Assembly: GCA_964016885.1 (NCBI GenBank)
Contig: OZ024740.1
Span: forward strand, 185,938,001 to 186,002,000
From: Eledone cirrhosa
Lineage: Eukaryota
Reading direction: 5' to 3'
Length of the DNA: 64,000 nt
Positions 14,227 to 27,878 of this stretch are shown here, piece by piece (positions within the stretch are counted from its first letter, which is position 1; every line of letters begins with the position of its first letter). The notes beneath the pieces were generated by a model. The model made no database searches, was not told where the DNA came from, and saw only the letters and a list, made by a program, of their open reading frames with translations. The position numbers and the translations under genes were made by a program.

Positions 14227-15301
14227 AGTTGGTGTAACTAGAAGTTACTGCAGGTTCACCCGGGTGAGCACTCGATATTTAGGTTCACTTCTGTGATGAT
14301 GTGTAGAGCTATACGGAGTGTAAAATATAGAAAGGATAAAAAGGACGATTGATTATTCCTTCATTGCATTTATTGATAGGTGACGCGCGTTTCGCCACTG
14401 ATCAGCTCAAGGTTCGATCTATATCGATCCTACCCGACTCAATAATCGGCAGCTCGACGGACCCTCTTAAAATGCTATAAGAAAATGAAATACATGCTAT
14501 GTGGTAAAGTCAGATTTTCAAGAGTTTGACAAAATGAGTTGTTTTGATTGGTGAGAAGGATCAAGGCGATGTACTGGCCTGTAGTGTATATAGGGGTGCG
14601 TGTGATGGTGAGATGTTGGTGACGGTCTGTAGATGAGGTGGGCTGTGGTGTGGTGGTGGTGGGTTGGCCTTGGCGTGTAGTTGATATGGGGGTGGATGTG
14701 ATGATATGGTGGTGGTTAAGGTTATTTAGTGGGATGCGCTGTGGTATGAGGTTAGTGGATTGTCAGTAGACGGGTTGGCGTGTGGGTGGGAGTGTGGTAG
14801 TGGTGCCTTTGTCTATGGTAGCGGCGTTTGTGGTGGTGTGGTGGATGTATTGGTGGCGTCAGGTCCTTACATAGATACATAGTTAGACGCTCTTCGTCTG
14901 ACAGATACCTTGTATATACGTATACGTACACACACACATGTATATATGTGCACATATATTGTTGTATAAACACACACGACATAAATCACATACGCACATC
15001 CTTGCCCACACATATTTATCGGCATACGCTCACACACAGCCATATGTATATGTACACACATGTATGTATGTGTGTGTGTATGTGAACACATGTGTATACA
15101 TATGTCTATGTGTGTGTATGTATATATCTGAATATATATATGCGTATGTGTATGCATATGTGTATGTGTGTGTATATATGTATGTGTGTGTAAGTGTGCG
15201 TCTACATATATGTATATGGGTAAATCTGACTGTATGTGTAGGTGAGCTCATATGTGTGCATGTATGTGTATATGTGCGTGTATGTGTGTGTTGTCGGTAA
15301 A

Positions 15302-15344
<43 letters not shown>

Positions 15345-16276
15345 GTGTGAATATACGTGTGTGCGAGTGTGTATGTTTTATATCTTGCATACATGAGTGT
15401 GAGTCCATGTGTATGTATATGTATGTATATATGTAAAACACCTTCTACATCGCCTCTCACCTTCCCCCCATCTCTGTCGTTCGCCACCCCCACCGATACT
15501 CCCCCACTCTCCATATTCGTGACCGCATGTGCGCATGCACATACATGTGTGTACATATACATATGGCTGTGTGTTAGCGTATGCCGATATATATGTGTGG
15601 GCAAGGATGTGCGTATGTGTTTTATGTTGTGTGTGTTTATAAAACAATATATGTGCACATATATACATGTGTGTGTGTACGTATACGTATATACAAGGTA
15701 TCTGTCAGACGAAGAGCGTCTAACTATGTATCTATGTAAGGACCTGACGCCACCAATACATCCACCAGACCACCACAAACGCCGCTACCATAGACAAAGG
15801 CACCACTATCACACCCCCACCCACACGCCAACCCGTCTACTGACAATCCACTAACCTCATACCACAGCCCAGCCCACTAAAAAACCTTAACCACCACCAT
15901 ATCATCACATCCACCCCCACATCAACTACACGCCAAGGCCAACCCACCACCACCACACCACAGCCCACCTCATCCACAGACCGTCACCAACATCTCACCG
16001 CCACACGCACCCCTATATACACTACAGGCCAGTACATCGCCTTGATCCTTCTCACCAATCAAAACAACTTATTTTGTCAAACTCTTGAAAATCTGACTTT
16101 ACCACATAGCATGTATTTCATTTTCTTATAGCATTTTAAGAGGGTCCGTCGAGCTGCCGATTATTGAGTCGGGTAGGTTCGATATAGATCGAACGTTGAG
16201 CTGATCAGTGGCGAAACGCGCGTCACCTATCAATAAATGCAATGAAGGAATAATCAATCGTCCTTTTTATCCTTTC
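14225..16276. mobile_element. ORF-less PLE-tail element, long inverted tail-out pair (arms ~14330-15075 and ~15540-16276)
   Basis: ~740-bp near-identical inverted arms. Tail has cgaaacgcgcgtc...aataaa. TA or TC/TA tracts on both sides. Confidence 0.85.
16141..16228 (+). ncRNA. Hammerhead-like motif with degenerate core (mirror copy 14378-14465, minus)
   Basis: agggt-CCGTCGA-gc[two hairpins]gc-GAAAC-gcgc-GTC-acct; core deviates from CUGANGA. Confidence 0.5.
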
Positions 16277-16303
16277 TCTCTCTCTCTATCTCTCTCTCTC
16301 TCC

Positions 16304-16341
<38 letters not shown>

Positions 16342-16342
<1 letters not shown>

Positions 16343-16552
16343 GTAATAATAATAAATTTGAAGACTAAAATCAAAAGAGGGCTCGATAAGGATAAATATA
16401 TATCATATATATAAGAACCGTAGAGCAAATATTTATTAAATTAATAGATTAAAGTTTAAGCAAAGAATCGCTGCTTTCACCCTTAACGGGATCTTCTGAA
16501 ACTGATCCGTTAAGGATGAAAGCAGCGATTTTTTGCTCAATCTTTAATAAAT
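16342..16552. mobile_element. Mini inverted tail-out element of the CAGAAGA-HHR family
   Basis: 16342-16503 is the reverse complement of ~55545-55707. 16504-16552 is a short forward copy. TA tracts on both sides. Confidence 0.8.
16454..16502 (-). ncRNA. Type I hammerhead motif with CAGAAGA core
   Basis: gttt-CAGAAGA-tccc gttaa gggt-GAAA-gca..tgc-TT-aaac. Confidence 0.6.
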
Positions 16553-16639
16553 ATATATAGAGAGAGATATAGAGAGAGACATATATATATAGAGAGACAT
16601 ATATATGTATTCGTATATATACGCTCATAGATTTGTCTA

Positions 16640-17345
16640 TTAGGCTGTTGGTTCTGCTTAGGTATGTGTCACCGGCGGCGGACAGTGATACGGCCACCAC
16701 TTTATGCTGATATAAGTGGCCTCCTGTCGGTCGAATGTGCTACAGCGGTGAAATAAGAAAGGAGAAGGCTCACAATAACTTTCTCAAAACACATTGAAGC
16801 AGCTAGGAGAAGAAGAGTAAAGATCTAAGCTTCATGGGTTTGAGAAAAGTAAGAAATTCTTGGCTGGCACGAAAGTGACCACCAAAACACTGCAATATGA
16901 GCGGAAAAAATAGAGAAATCTATACAGCATCGTGCATAGCACGGGATAACTAGGGGCCTGTTCAGATATTAAGTACAGTAGACATTTCCACCCAACGCTC
17001 CAAGAACTAGCGAGGGACCTACAGAATGTCTCGGAAGGCATGGGACGAGATTACAAAGGTTACGTACAGAGACTCCATAGAATGCCCAGAAGAGAGCAAA
17101 CCTTCATAACTGGTAACTGAAACGTTACAAGCTTTACAAGTAAAAATCGGGAATTAACGGAAGAGGCCAAATGCTACTGGCTAGATATAGTCGGCATCTC
17201 CTCAACGAAGATTCTTTCTGCAGGTATGAAGATTTGAATGGAGGATGGACTCTCCACTATTCCGGTGTGGTACACGGATAGATTTCGTTGGCGTGAGTGG
17301 ATAGCCCCCGGCTACCAGAATGTGTTATGAACTGGTACTCCTTTA
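16640..17345 (+). mobile_element. RTE-clade LINE 5' fragment (AP-endonuclease N-terminus, pseudogenised)
   Basis: From ~17100 the translation GN*NVTSFTSKNRELTEEAKCYWLDIVGISSTK ... GGWTLHYSGV matches the RTE APE N-terminal motif (GTWNV..ELVEE..LDIVGIS.TK..GW.L.YSG). Confidence 0.7.
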
Positions 17346-17348
17346 GAG

Positions 17349-17421
<73 letters not shown>

Positions 17422-17616
17422 AATAATATAATATTAAGGCAAGCAGAAAAGTGCTTATTGTGATCCAGTTCGTGGTTAAGAAAGCCAGTTTCATGGATGG
17501 TTTCAACGTACGGTTAGGGGTAACCCCACAAGTTTGTAAGAATTCCGTTCAATCTTGGAGTATAAAGTATAACAGAGAAAACACAGGTAAGCATTAAGAG
17601 AAGGATTTTATCCAGG

Positions 17617-17717
17617 TATTTACGACCGTTTCATTGGTAAGTGCAACCTTATATTGCTATACTGCAAATAGCAGCCACTCAATTATAATTGTTGTTTACG
17701 TCCAAATTTTCAAAATA
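17617..17717 (-). ncRNA. Type I hammerhead, U3-A8 core, long stem II
   Basis: tatt-TTGAAAA-tttgg...ccaat-GAAAC-ggtc-GTA-aata. Confidence 0.6.
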
Positions 17718-17969
17718 GTGAGTAAGTTACTCTTGAAATAGTTCTTAATACATAGAGAAAAATATTTTTTTTTAATTGTATTTACTATTATAGAGAGAGA
17801 GGAAGAGGAATGAAGGAGAAGGGAGGGATATAGGTATTGGTTTTTGTGGGTAATTAAAAGGGTTTAGATACAATAAGAGGGTATAAAGTCTAAGTATATG
17901 CAGTTTGTCAGTTGGTAGTAAGAGGGTAAGGGTTCGATTTGCGCAACCACCTAAACATACGGTACTACT

Positions 17970-20210
17970 ATGGAAAAGCATTACATAGGTATGTCCCTAA
18001 AGAACATTCCTATACCTTTGAGAAAGGATTATACCTCGGGATGATACAGCGAACAAACGACTTTTTACGGCAAGTTAGATGGAAAACTTTCCATTTAGAC
18101 AAAGGACGTAATGGTCGCACCGTGGAATACAACAAGGAATCATACGGCTTCAAATGGTATAAGAACCCACCTACCAACCCTCAACTGGATGCCTTTGAAC
18201 AGGACTTACTGAAGATGATTATGAATATCAAATTCAAAAAGGGTAGGAATAATAAACTCCAGAATGACATAAATACATTCCTAAAACAGCTGCGAACTAC
18301 CAATGGAATTATTGTCAAAGCGGACAAAACCTCAAATGTATATACGATGGATGTTAATACATACAATAGCTTCATACGGAGAGAATTACATAGGAAATAG
18401 AAAACAAACTAATGAGGCGGCACAGATAAACATCAACAGCGAGGCACACAATATAGTCAAACACCTAGCAATAGACGACAGAACGGAGCCACTTAGGCCA
18501 TGTACCCCCACATTTAATCTCAAGGACCACAAGGTAAATGTTGATTATAACCCCACAATTAGACTTATATGCCCGTCCAAATCGGACATCGGGAAAATTA
18601 GTAAACATATATTAGACAGAGTGATAGCACAAATGAAGAATAAACTAGTGATTAAACTATGGGATAACGCTACCGAAATAATTAAGTGGTTTAACAATAT
18701 AGCTAACAAAAAAGTATCTAAATTTATACAATTTGACATTAACGACTATTACTCCTCTATATCCCCCAACACCTTGGATAAAGCCTTAGCATTCGCCAAA
18801 GCCAATTCTGACCTAACAAACGACGAGATAAAAATCATATTAGCTGCTAGGAAAACAATAATTAAATTTGAAAACGCCTATCGGGAACGTAAGGATATAT
18901 TAAATAACTTTGACATCACGATGCGGGCTAACGACTCGGCTCAAGTCACAGATTTAGACCATAGTTTACAGAGTAGAGTTTAGCGACCTTCACGGTGGAA
19001 TCTACAGAGACGACACCCTTCTCCTAGATAAGAACATAAATAACCTGAGCATAGAAAGATTCCGTAAGAATATTAGAAAGACTGTCGGGAAACTAGGCCT
19101 TAGCATAACGTATGAGTTTAGCATACAGCAACTGTAACTCAAACCACCCACTATCCATAATTAAATCCATTCCACACAGCATATCCCTTAGGATCTCCCG
19201 CCTCTCGTCTAACCGACAAATCTTCGAGGAACATGCAGAATACTACAATACCGCATTAGAGAAGGCAGGCCACTTAGATAGAGTAGAATATATAGATGAA
19301 AGCCTCCGCAAAGCACACTCGAACCCGCATAACATAAACTCCAGAAACACACGCACACACACACATACGCATAGAACTACAAAGTATACGGTAAATAGAA
19401 ATACAATCTCGAAATCAAACAAGTCACGCAGTAGAAAATATATTTGGTATAACCCCATATTTAACACCTCTATTAGTACTAACCTACCCTCTACCTTCTT
19501 TAGAATAATAAATAAGCACTTTCCAGATTCACATAGATACAGCAAAATCCTTAACACTGAATCTATTAGACTATCTTACTCCACGGCACCAAATATAGAG
19601 GCACACATTAAGATGCTTAACGTTAAAAAGATACATAACAACACAAGAACACACATTTTCAACAATAACAATACAATCACCATTGAACACAACAGAATAT
19701 CTAATACACAACCACCCACTAATAGGCAAACAAAACGTAACACACTTGTACAAGCATCGCAGCCCACCAATAATGCCAAAGTTGCCCATGACAAGAATTG
19801 TCCATTACATAATGAATGTATGCAGTCTAACCTGGTTTACCAATGCACAGTGGAATCAGACAACCAGAAATGGTATTACAATCGGAGCGACTGGGAATAC
19901 ATTTGAAGCCCGTTGGTATACATACCGTTACGCAATGAGACATTCCCAGCATCGTTATGTAACTACCCTTGCAAACAAGACCTGGCAACTGATGGAAAGT
20001 AACCATCAATACACCCTGAAGTGGAAAAAATTATCGAACGCGCACCCATATCGGAGTGGTATGAGAAGCTGTCGATTATGTGACCTTGAGCTGTTCCACA
20101 TTTTGAGTTCGAAGAATAAGTTACTCAACAATAAAATCGAAAGATCAATTTATTGTAACCATAGACTCAAAGAAAAGTTTTCGCACTACAAGAGCAAATC
20201 GAACCCTTAA
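17970..20210 (+). pseudogene. PLE reverse transcriptase + C-terminal GIY-YIG endonuclease, frameshifted
   Basis: MEKHYIGMSLKNIPIP, KADKTSNVY, RLICPSKSDIGKISK, FIQFDINDYYSSIS, GGIYRDD, WYNP, CPLHNEC, IGATGNTFEARWY, CRLCDLE, YCNHR. Confidence 0.92.
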
Positions 20211-20769
20211 CCTCTTACTACCAACTGACAAACTCCATATACTTAGACTTTATACCATCTTATTGTATCTAAACCCTTTTAATTACCCACAAAAACCAAT
20301 ACCTATATCCCTCCCTTTCTCCTTCATTCCTCTTCTATTCGTTTTCTTCCTTGCTTCCCTCCCCTTTTTGGCTATATTTTCTCACCTACTTTGCTTTTAT
20401 TTTTGTCATTATTATCTTTATCTTTATTTTATGTATATATATCTTTGTATCTCCCCTCCTCTCTCTCTCTCTCTCTTTCTATCCATCCCTCCCACTATGA
20501 TCAATTTAATTCTCTTTAACTCACTACATTCCACGGCATGAAGTCTACATATCAAAACTGATCAAGGAATCCTTCCACCTCTACCCCTCCCTCCATCTCA
20601 GTTTGTCACTCTACTTCCTAACTCTCTCCCCCTTCCTCTATCTCTATACTATTGCGTTTGTCCCCTCACCTTCTAATTCCACCCCATCTCTCTATATACT
20701 AGTAAAAACAATTCCAAAGAAATGTTTTTCTCTATATATTAAGAACTATTTCAAGAGTAACTTACTCAC

Positions 20770-20870
20770 TATTTTGAACATTTGGACGTGAACAACAATT
20801 ATAATTGAGTGACTGCTATTTGCAGTATAGCAATATAAGGTTACACTTACCAAGGAAACGGTCGTAAATA
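20770..20870 (+). ncRNA. Hammerhead copy in the 3' pLTR (core mutated to TTGAACA)
   Basis: Mirror of 17617-17717. Confidence 0.5.
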
Positions 20871-20920
20871 CCTGGATAAAATCCTTCTCTTAATGCTTAC
20901 CTGTGTTTTCTCTTTTATAC

Positions 20921-20981
<61 letters not shown>

Positions 20982-21379
20982 AATATTGCAAACTTGACCG
21001 TCACCACATGATATGAACCTGAAGATTGCGAAAGCATGAAAGTACTTGTTCAATTAACACTTAACATTTAATATTCTACCATACTATTTCATTCCAATAC
21101 CATTATAAATTATAAAGGATTGTAAATCAGACAAAGTCGGAATTCCTTTTATTAATATATATATATATATTAATAATAATAATAATAATAATAATTACAG
21201 ACTGTCACTATATCTTGTATAGATATTGCATATGTATATAGGTATATATGTTTGTCTACATGCCTGTATGTGTATACCTATGGCGAGTATTTTCGCGTAT
21301 GCTTGTGTATGTACGTATATGGATGCGTGTATGTATTTTTTTAATTTCAATTACCTTTGTATTTTATTTACTTTATTCT

Positions 21380-21840
21380 TAACTCTGAAGCCGAGAATCA
21401 TTCGGTTTCTTAGTTAGAGATTTATTCTACGACTTCAGTTATACCGTTTACGTGGTTTTGTCTTTGCGTGGTTTTGTCTCACCGCTCTACATAATGACGT
21501 ATTATCTTCGTTTTTTCCGTTCATTGCCAGAGAACTCCAAAGACCCACCTAATAGAATATTAGTCAACGAGTTCTTTTGTACCATAAACGGGGTTTTGTT
21601 TTTGCGTGGAATTGTTTTTCAATGCTCCAAATAATGACGTATTATCTTCGTTTTTTCGCGTTCTTTGCCAGGGAACCTTTCAACGAACCAAAGTATCGTC
21701 TTCCTGACTTCCTCCGGTTGCAACGTTTTTTGAAATATTTACTTCTGCGTTCACAGATTGACCTTTTTAGTTTCAGAAGGTCCGGTTAAGGGTGAAAACG
21801 GCGATTCTTTGCTCAAACTTTAATCTGCTATTTTAATAAA
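21380..21840 (+). mobile_element. CAGAAGA-HHR family tail with ~120-bp internal subrepeats
   Basis: Aligns with 54975-55707. HHR-like motif at 21770-21818. Ends in (TA)n. Confidence 0.75.
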
Positions 21841-23894
21841 TATATATATATATAAAGCGAGAGAGAGAAGGTGTATAAAGAGGTCGAGAAAAGAATGAGA
21901 TACATGAATAGTCAAACATACATCTAAACATTAACCTGGTACAACGCACCTGTCAGAATATGTGTGTGCGTATGTATTTGTGTGTGTATGTGTGTGCATG
22001 TACGTGTTTAAGTGAACGGAAACATTTTTTCAGTCTACTATTATATATCAATATACTATATATTTGAAAATTTGCGTCAATACATGCTTACATATTGCTG
22101 TAAACGAACCGCACCTGTGTTTCAGTTATATGTACTATTCCGTAGAGACAGATTCTTAATATTGCTATTACTACACAAAAATCAATAATATAACTAAAAG
22201 TTTTGGAAGGAAATGAAGTCTGATAGGAAAATCATGATACTGTGTCAAATGGCTGTTTGCTACATTCATTTCTGGTAACTAATATAAATAGAATTTGTAA
22301 TTATTCTAGCTTAAATGCTCAAAGCGTTAAATTACGTTCTATTGTTACGTGTATATTGTAATATATGTAGTTCTTCTTTACTTAGTATATTGAAATGAAT
22401 ATAGAATTGTGGTGAAGCTGCAGTAGAATGTCAAGGAATATCATATTGTGATCGCAATGTATGTTTCTTTACACTGTAATTTCAAATCATAATGAGTTTA
22501 CGTGGTCTTTTGAGGCCAGTGTCATGCATACTATTCAAGTATCATCATTCTAGTGTCGATAAAACTAATACTTATGAAGTGCTGTATTCGATTAATATGA
22601 CTTCCTTCCTTCTCGAGAGAATACATTGATGCAACATTTGTTCTGAATTCAAATTCCTGCTGATCGCATTTGACATTCATTCGAATGTGAATGATAATAT
22701 ATATATATGCGAATTAAATAAATCCCTTCTGATAAATATTGACCATCTAACAAATTGACAATCTGTTAAATGATTGTAACGTATAATCTTTATTGTAAGT
22801 TATATTTGCACAATATTTTTCTCCTGTGGATGCGGGTCTTCAGTAGAAATCTCACGTAGGATATTTTTCCGGATAACCAAATGAAACAATCTGTTTTTTA
22901 GTTTGTTATACCAACAAAAGGCCTCCATAATAGCTCAGTCTAAATATTTAAAAGCATGGAAGAAATCGTTCGCCTAAACCTTGTCTTTAATCATATACAT
23001 ACATTTTCACGATACGCATTTGTTTTGTTTAATTGTTGTTTAAAATATTTACACATATGGAAATGGGAGGATATGTAAGCCACACTATATATTCATTTTA
23101 AATATAAAGAAGCCAAAATTAAAACAAACAGGTTGAAATGTTGACAAGTAAATATATGGAAAGGATATGAAACGCAAACAGTTGCAACTACAATTTGAAA
23201 GGTTCGGAAAGTCATATTTCGATTAGAAAAACAATATAGACACTAAACACAGTGAACAAAACTCATTTTGTTTGAACACTGGGTGTAATAGAGACAGCCT
23301 CGATATATACCTGGTCCGAAAATGGAGTAAAAATGGACGAGATATGTCCTGGAAGACGGTATTGCATTGTCTGTAGAATTTACCCCTGAAAGAGCAAGAA
23401 AGGGTGTGACATACATCTGCTTCGTAAAACTAAGTGAAGCTTTATATATGAAATAATTTAAAGAAATCACTGACCGATGTGTAGCAGGTTGTGTCACCGT
23501 AAGTGTCAAACTGGACATGAGATGAGAAAACTGACAAAGGCCTTGTGCTACATGCCAATCTATTGAATGCTGCCGTGCTACACAGGAAAGGGGAATACGA
23601 GAAGCATAGACAGAAGTATTAATATTAGACATTACCTTTTTGAAAGTGAACAATCAATGAATAATCGAAACAACCTGTGGTCAGGTGAGGTCTGAGCAGG
23701 TCTCAAAATCATGATGTCACCCAAAAGATCACAATGTACCGTAGGAGTTATGAACTCAATGTGGTATCTGGGAGAAAGTCAATGATACGGATTATGAAGA
23801 GAAGAAGACTCGGTTCATGTACGTAAAAAATAGACACTATTAGTGATCTATTACTGACCCTGATAGTATGAGAGAATGATTGCTATTATAATGA

Positions 23895-24120
23895 GGGCGG
23901 TGGATCTGCAGAATCGGTAGAGCGTCGGAAAACATGCTTAGTGGCATAGAATTATGGCCCTTTGCGTTCCGATTTCAAATTCCGTCGAAATTAACTTTGT
24001 CTTTCACCCTTGCTGAATCGACAAAATAAAGGACCACTAATGCGCTGGGGTCGATTTATTCGACTTTCCCCTCCACCTAAAATTACTGGCTTTTTGCCTA
24101 AAGTAGAAATAATTATTATT
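23895..24120 (+). mobile_element. SINE, diverged copy
   Basis: ggcggtggatctgcagaatcggtagagcg...ttcaaattcc...ggggtcgatttattcgact...taaagtagaaataatt. Confidence 0.75.
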
Positions 24121-24124
24121 ATTA

Positions 24125-24855
24125 CTAGCTGGACCCGTGAAAAAGTTGACGGATAATTTTTGAAATTTAAATATTGTCCAATGAATATTTATCAGTTAAT
24201 CAAAGTTGTTTGGTTGCAGCATTTTGGCATTTCGTCTCTGTTGAACTGTTTCTTATATTCTCTTGTTAAATTTCTCTCTCCTCTGGATTCATGCCATTTC
24301 TTCTCTCATGATCTCTGTTTCTCATATTCTGTAGATAAGTTCCTCTCTCTTCTGGATTCATGTCATTTCTTCGCTCTTGAACTCTGTTTCTATTATTCTG
24401 TAGATAAGCCACTCTCTCCTCTGTATTCATGTTAATTCTTCTATCATGATCTACGTTTCTTGTATTCTGTAGATAAGCTTCTCTCTCCTCTGAATTCATG
24501 TTATTTCTTGTGTCATTATCTCCGCTTCTTCTATTCTGTAGATAAGCTTCTCTCTCCTCTTGGCTCATATCATTCCTCCTTTCTTGCATTTGTTCTCGAT
24601 TACGGTCACGGATTGCTTGCCTCTCTTCTGCTCGTAACCGTTGTCGTCGTCTTCTTTGTCGCTCTCTCGCTGCCTCTCTTTGTTTACTTACTCTATCTTC
24701 CATTTTTAAGAATGGTTGTTTCAGTAATTATGAAGAACACCTAGCTGGAATAAGAAAGTGGTTAGAGATGATGTTTGTCACAAATAAAAACTTGTAATAA
24801 AAAACAAACAAACAAACTAACTTAGGGTAAAGCATAACCTATTTGGCGGAGGTAA
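24125..24855 (-). mobile_element. Helitron-derived element with RepHel-like N-terminal repeat ORF
   Basis: On the minus strand, 3' hairpin ccgt..acgg followed by CTAG (24125-24128). The other end reads ttacctccgccaaataggttatgc + (GTTT)n. Confidence 0.55.
24266..24703 (-). CDS. 145-aa charged helical ORF with 23-aa tandem repeats (M-N-x-EERxAYLQN), probably a Helitron RepHel N-terminal fragment
   Basis: 69-bp tandem repeat with frame preserved; R/E-rich; lies just upstream of a Helitron-type 3' end. Confidence 0.45.
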   Translation of the reverse strand: MEDRVSKQREAARERQRRRRQRLRAEERQAIRDRNREQMQERRNDMSQEEREAYLQNRRSGDNDTRNNMNSEEREAYLQNTRNVDHDRRINMNTEERVAYLQNNRNRVQERRNDMNPEERGTYLQNMRNRDHERRNGMNPEEREI

Positions 24856-25977
24856 AACTGGAGTGTATTATACATTTTCAGCTTACCTCACGACAGTAAT
24901 ATGAAATATATAATTTCTTCTGTTGGGACTTGAATTCGTTCTTGGGCGGTGAATGATAAGACAATGAAAGAAAATATTCGTTGTATGTATGATACGGATT
25001 GTTTTCAACAACCTATAAGTTACTATGTAATTACTGAAAGCATGACACACACGGTCGGACGTACAGTACGTAGGTACAAGCGTATTAATATATAGATAGC
25101 GTGTAAATGGCACTTTGTGACATCTCAGCACACTTGGCAGTATAATGTCCACCGACGTCGAATTTGCCTTTCATACTTCGATTTTCTGTAAAATACGGTA
25201 AGAGGGAGATATATGGGTCTATATAAATAAATTTCACTTCTCACTAAAAGAAAATTGCTGGCATTGTACTAAATTTAGAAACCATTAAATCAGTGGATTG
25301 GATAAATTAAAGTACCAGTCAATTGTATTATTACAAGCGAGTTTCCCCGCTTCAATTATTGTTGGCCTTGTGCCTCTATAACAAATCAACATTCTCAGCA
25401 GCATCAGCATTGAATTCTAAATCTAATTAATCAGGGAATGTTAAAACAGCCCATGAGATGCTATCTTAAAAATAGTGTCGTTCGAGTTTATCAAAACTAA
25501 ACTACCACCACCACATCATCATTGAAATTCCTTGTTGTTGATATTTCGATTATAATGTGTATTAAGATAGCAATATAAGTCTATATTTGACCTAATAAAA
25601 TAATGACAAATAGGACGTGAGAATTGGTCCACTGGTTTTACGAATCCTCGTTGCTGGTTTGTTTCCTTCCGACAACGGTCTTCTCTTCAAGCCTCCTCCT
25701 TGCGGTTACATTCACAGAGGCAATAAATAGATTAATGATTAAATAAATAAATACAAATATTAATAGTTGGATGTGTGCCACAAAGTTTAATCGGTGTATC
25801 GTTGTATACGCACTGTACACGCATATATATATATGATAGTTACATATATGAATGTGTAAGTACATATGGGTAAATGAGTTAATTGTTTCAATTGTGAGCT
25901 GATGTGAAAAAATATATTAGGTACAGATATTCGTGCTGGCCATATTCCAGCAAAACCATAGCTGGTAGAATGAACAC

Positions 25978-26192
<215 letters not shown>

Positions 26193-26209
26193 ATGTGTAT
26201 GTATACATA

Positions 26210-26628
26210 TCCTATGGGAGAGATGACCCCTTAGCCTTTGTCAAGGCAGCATTCTAGGAGAAGGAAAACTCTGATATAACACCTGCAACTCTGATGGTAT
26301 CCAATGATGTTGACTTGTTCTTCTTTTTGGTAAATATCATCTTGGTTAAGAGAGTGGGACTGGCTTTGTGCAGTGCCTTTGCTCACTATAAAAGCTTCAC
26401 GGCACAGGCATTGCTTTATATCTGGAGATCTCCCTGCACTTGTCGTCACATGATACCATGGGCCCAGCACTATGTGTCAATGATTGTCACAAGTGTAGTG
26501 TTTGTACCAGAGTTTTCAAGTCGCTGGCTGGACTAAAAAGTCACACCCGTTCAGCGCATCGGTAGGGGTTCTCCTACATGGATATAAAGTAGTGGCCGTA
26601 CTCGAAAACGAGTTGGCAGCCACCATGT
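26210..26628. repeat. Unclassified interspersed repeat (inverse copy at 39495-39985), TA-flanked; possibly a LINE 5' UTR
   Basis: Highly similar inverted copies 13 kb apart; contains ctaggagaaggaaaactctg. Confidence 0.75.
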
Positions 26629-26708
<80 letters not shown>

Positions 26709-27559
26709 ATGTGTGTTTGTGTGTGTGCGTATCTTATGTTTAACACTTTGTTTTAATTGCGATTATATTTCGAACCTGCAACCTTCACAACCATAGTGTT
26801 GTAAAAAAGGAAAATTTACGTCGCCCCTCGTTCAATAGTTCCTTCTTTAAATATTAAGAATTGTGAAGGTTCCAGATGTCAAGGCCATTGGTTGCGTATG
26901 AATTAAAGAGCTGCCTCATTTCTCGAAAATCTCAAGGTTAGTCCAGGTGGGTTTGTTTATATCCTTCAGTTCCATTCATAGTAGTTATGAAGCTGGACAT
27001 GTATTTTGCATCCTCAATGTTCCGTAGATGTCACCCTCTTTTTATCTTTCTTATAGCTTTAACATCATGTAAGCAGCGGATTTATATACAGGCATTAGTA
27101 TGAGCAAAGAAAATGTTTGTGAGAATTGCTAATTATGGTCATACATTTCTGATGACCATATACATTTTCTTTTGTCTCCCGATGCAATCCTTCCTCATCT
27201 GTTCCTTAAGATAACACATAATGTATCGACCATATATGATATTCATATTCTGTGAAAGATGGGTATATATTTTTAACCTAATTGCAAGGGTGAAACAGTC
27301 GAAATGTTCATTTACCGAACTATACAATGTTGGAGTCATGTATTTTAATTCGCCTTTACGATAGGGCATGTACCATTTATTTTTATTTATTGGAAAAAAA
27401 AAAAAAAAAAAAAGAAGAAGAAGAAGAAGAAGCAATGGAAGTAGACAAAGAAACAATGGAAGTAGACAAAGAAATGCACCTGAGAGCCGTACATCATCTT
27501 TAGTTCGATACGTTACAATATTTAATTCTTTAATAATCTTAATTGTTTGTATGTCTCCA

Positions 27560-27805
27560 CCCCGAAGGCACATCAGGCTGTTGCTTATCCCAGTTTCCGC
27601 ACCGTCACAGTGTACAAGACATGACACCATTTCATTGAAAGATTAAACCCCCAGATATTTCTAGTACTCATTTTAAGCTGAGTATATTGGAGCAACATGA
27701 AATGTAGTGCTTTGCTCAAAAGCACAACACAGTGCATTCCAGGAATCGAACCCACGACATTATTATTGTAAGTCCACATCCTTACCACTAGGCCCCGTGC
27801 CTCCA
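27560..27805 (-). mobile_element. tRNA-derived SINE (second family)
   Basis: Minus strand: ggcctagtggtaagg (A box) ... ggttcgattcc (B box) ... tgtgcttttgagcaaagcact. Confidence 0.7.
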
Positions 27806-27878
27806 CCCTTGTTATTCGACACATCTACTTAAGTTTCAGAAACAAAGATTATGGGTATACAATTATAAACAAGATAAT

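Larger units (their letters stand above)
17421..20925 (+). mobile_element. Near full-length Naiad-type Penelope-like element with inverted 5' pLTR copy
   Basis: 17565-17942 is the reverse complement of 20194-20335 plus ~20690-20920. The ORF lies between the arms. (TA)n on both sides. Confidence 0.9.

Noticed and set aside
23243-23653. 136-aa minus-strand ORF in non-repetitive sequence
   Set aside because: No recognisable motif on either strand; needs a homology search.
27740-27805. tRNA gene
   Set aside because: A/B boxes are present but there is no cloverleaf, and the sequence continues into a SINE body.
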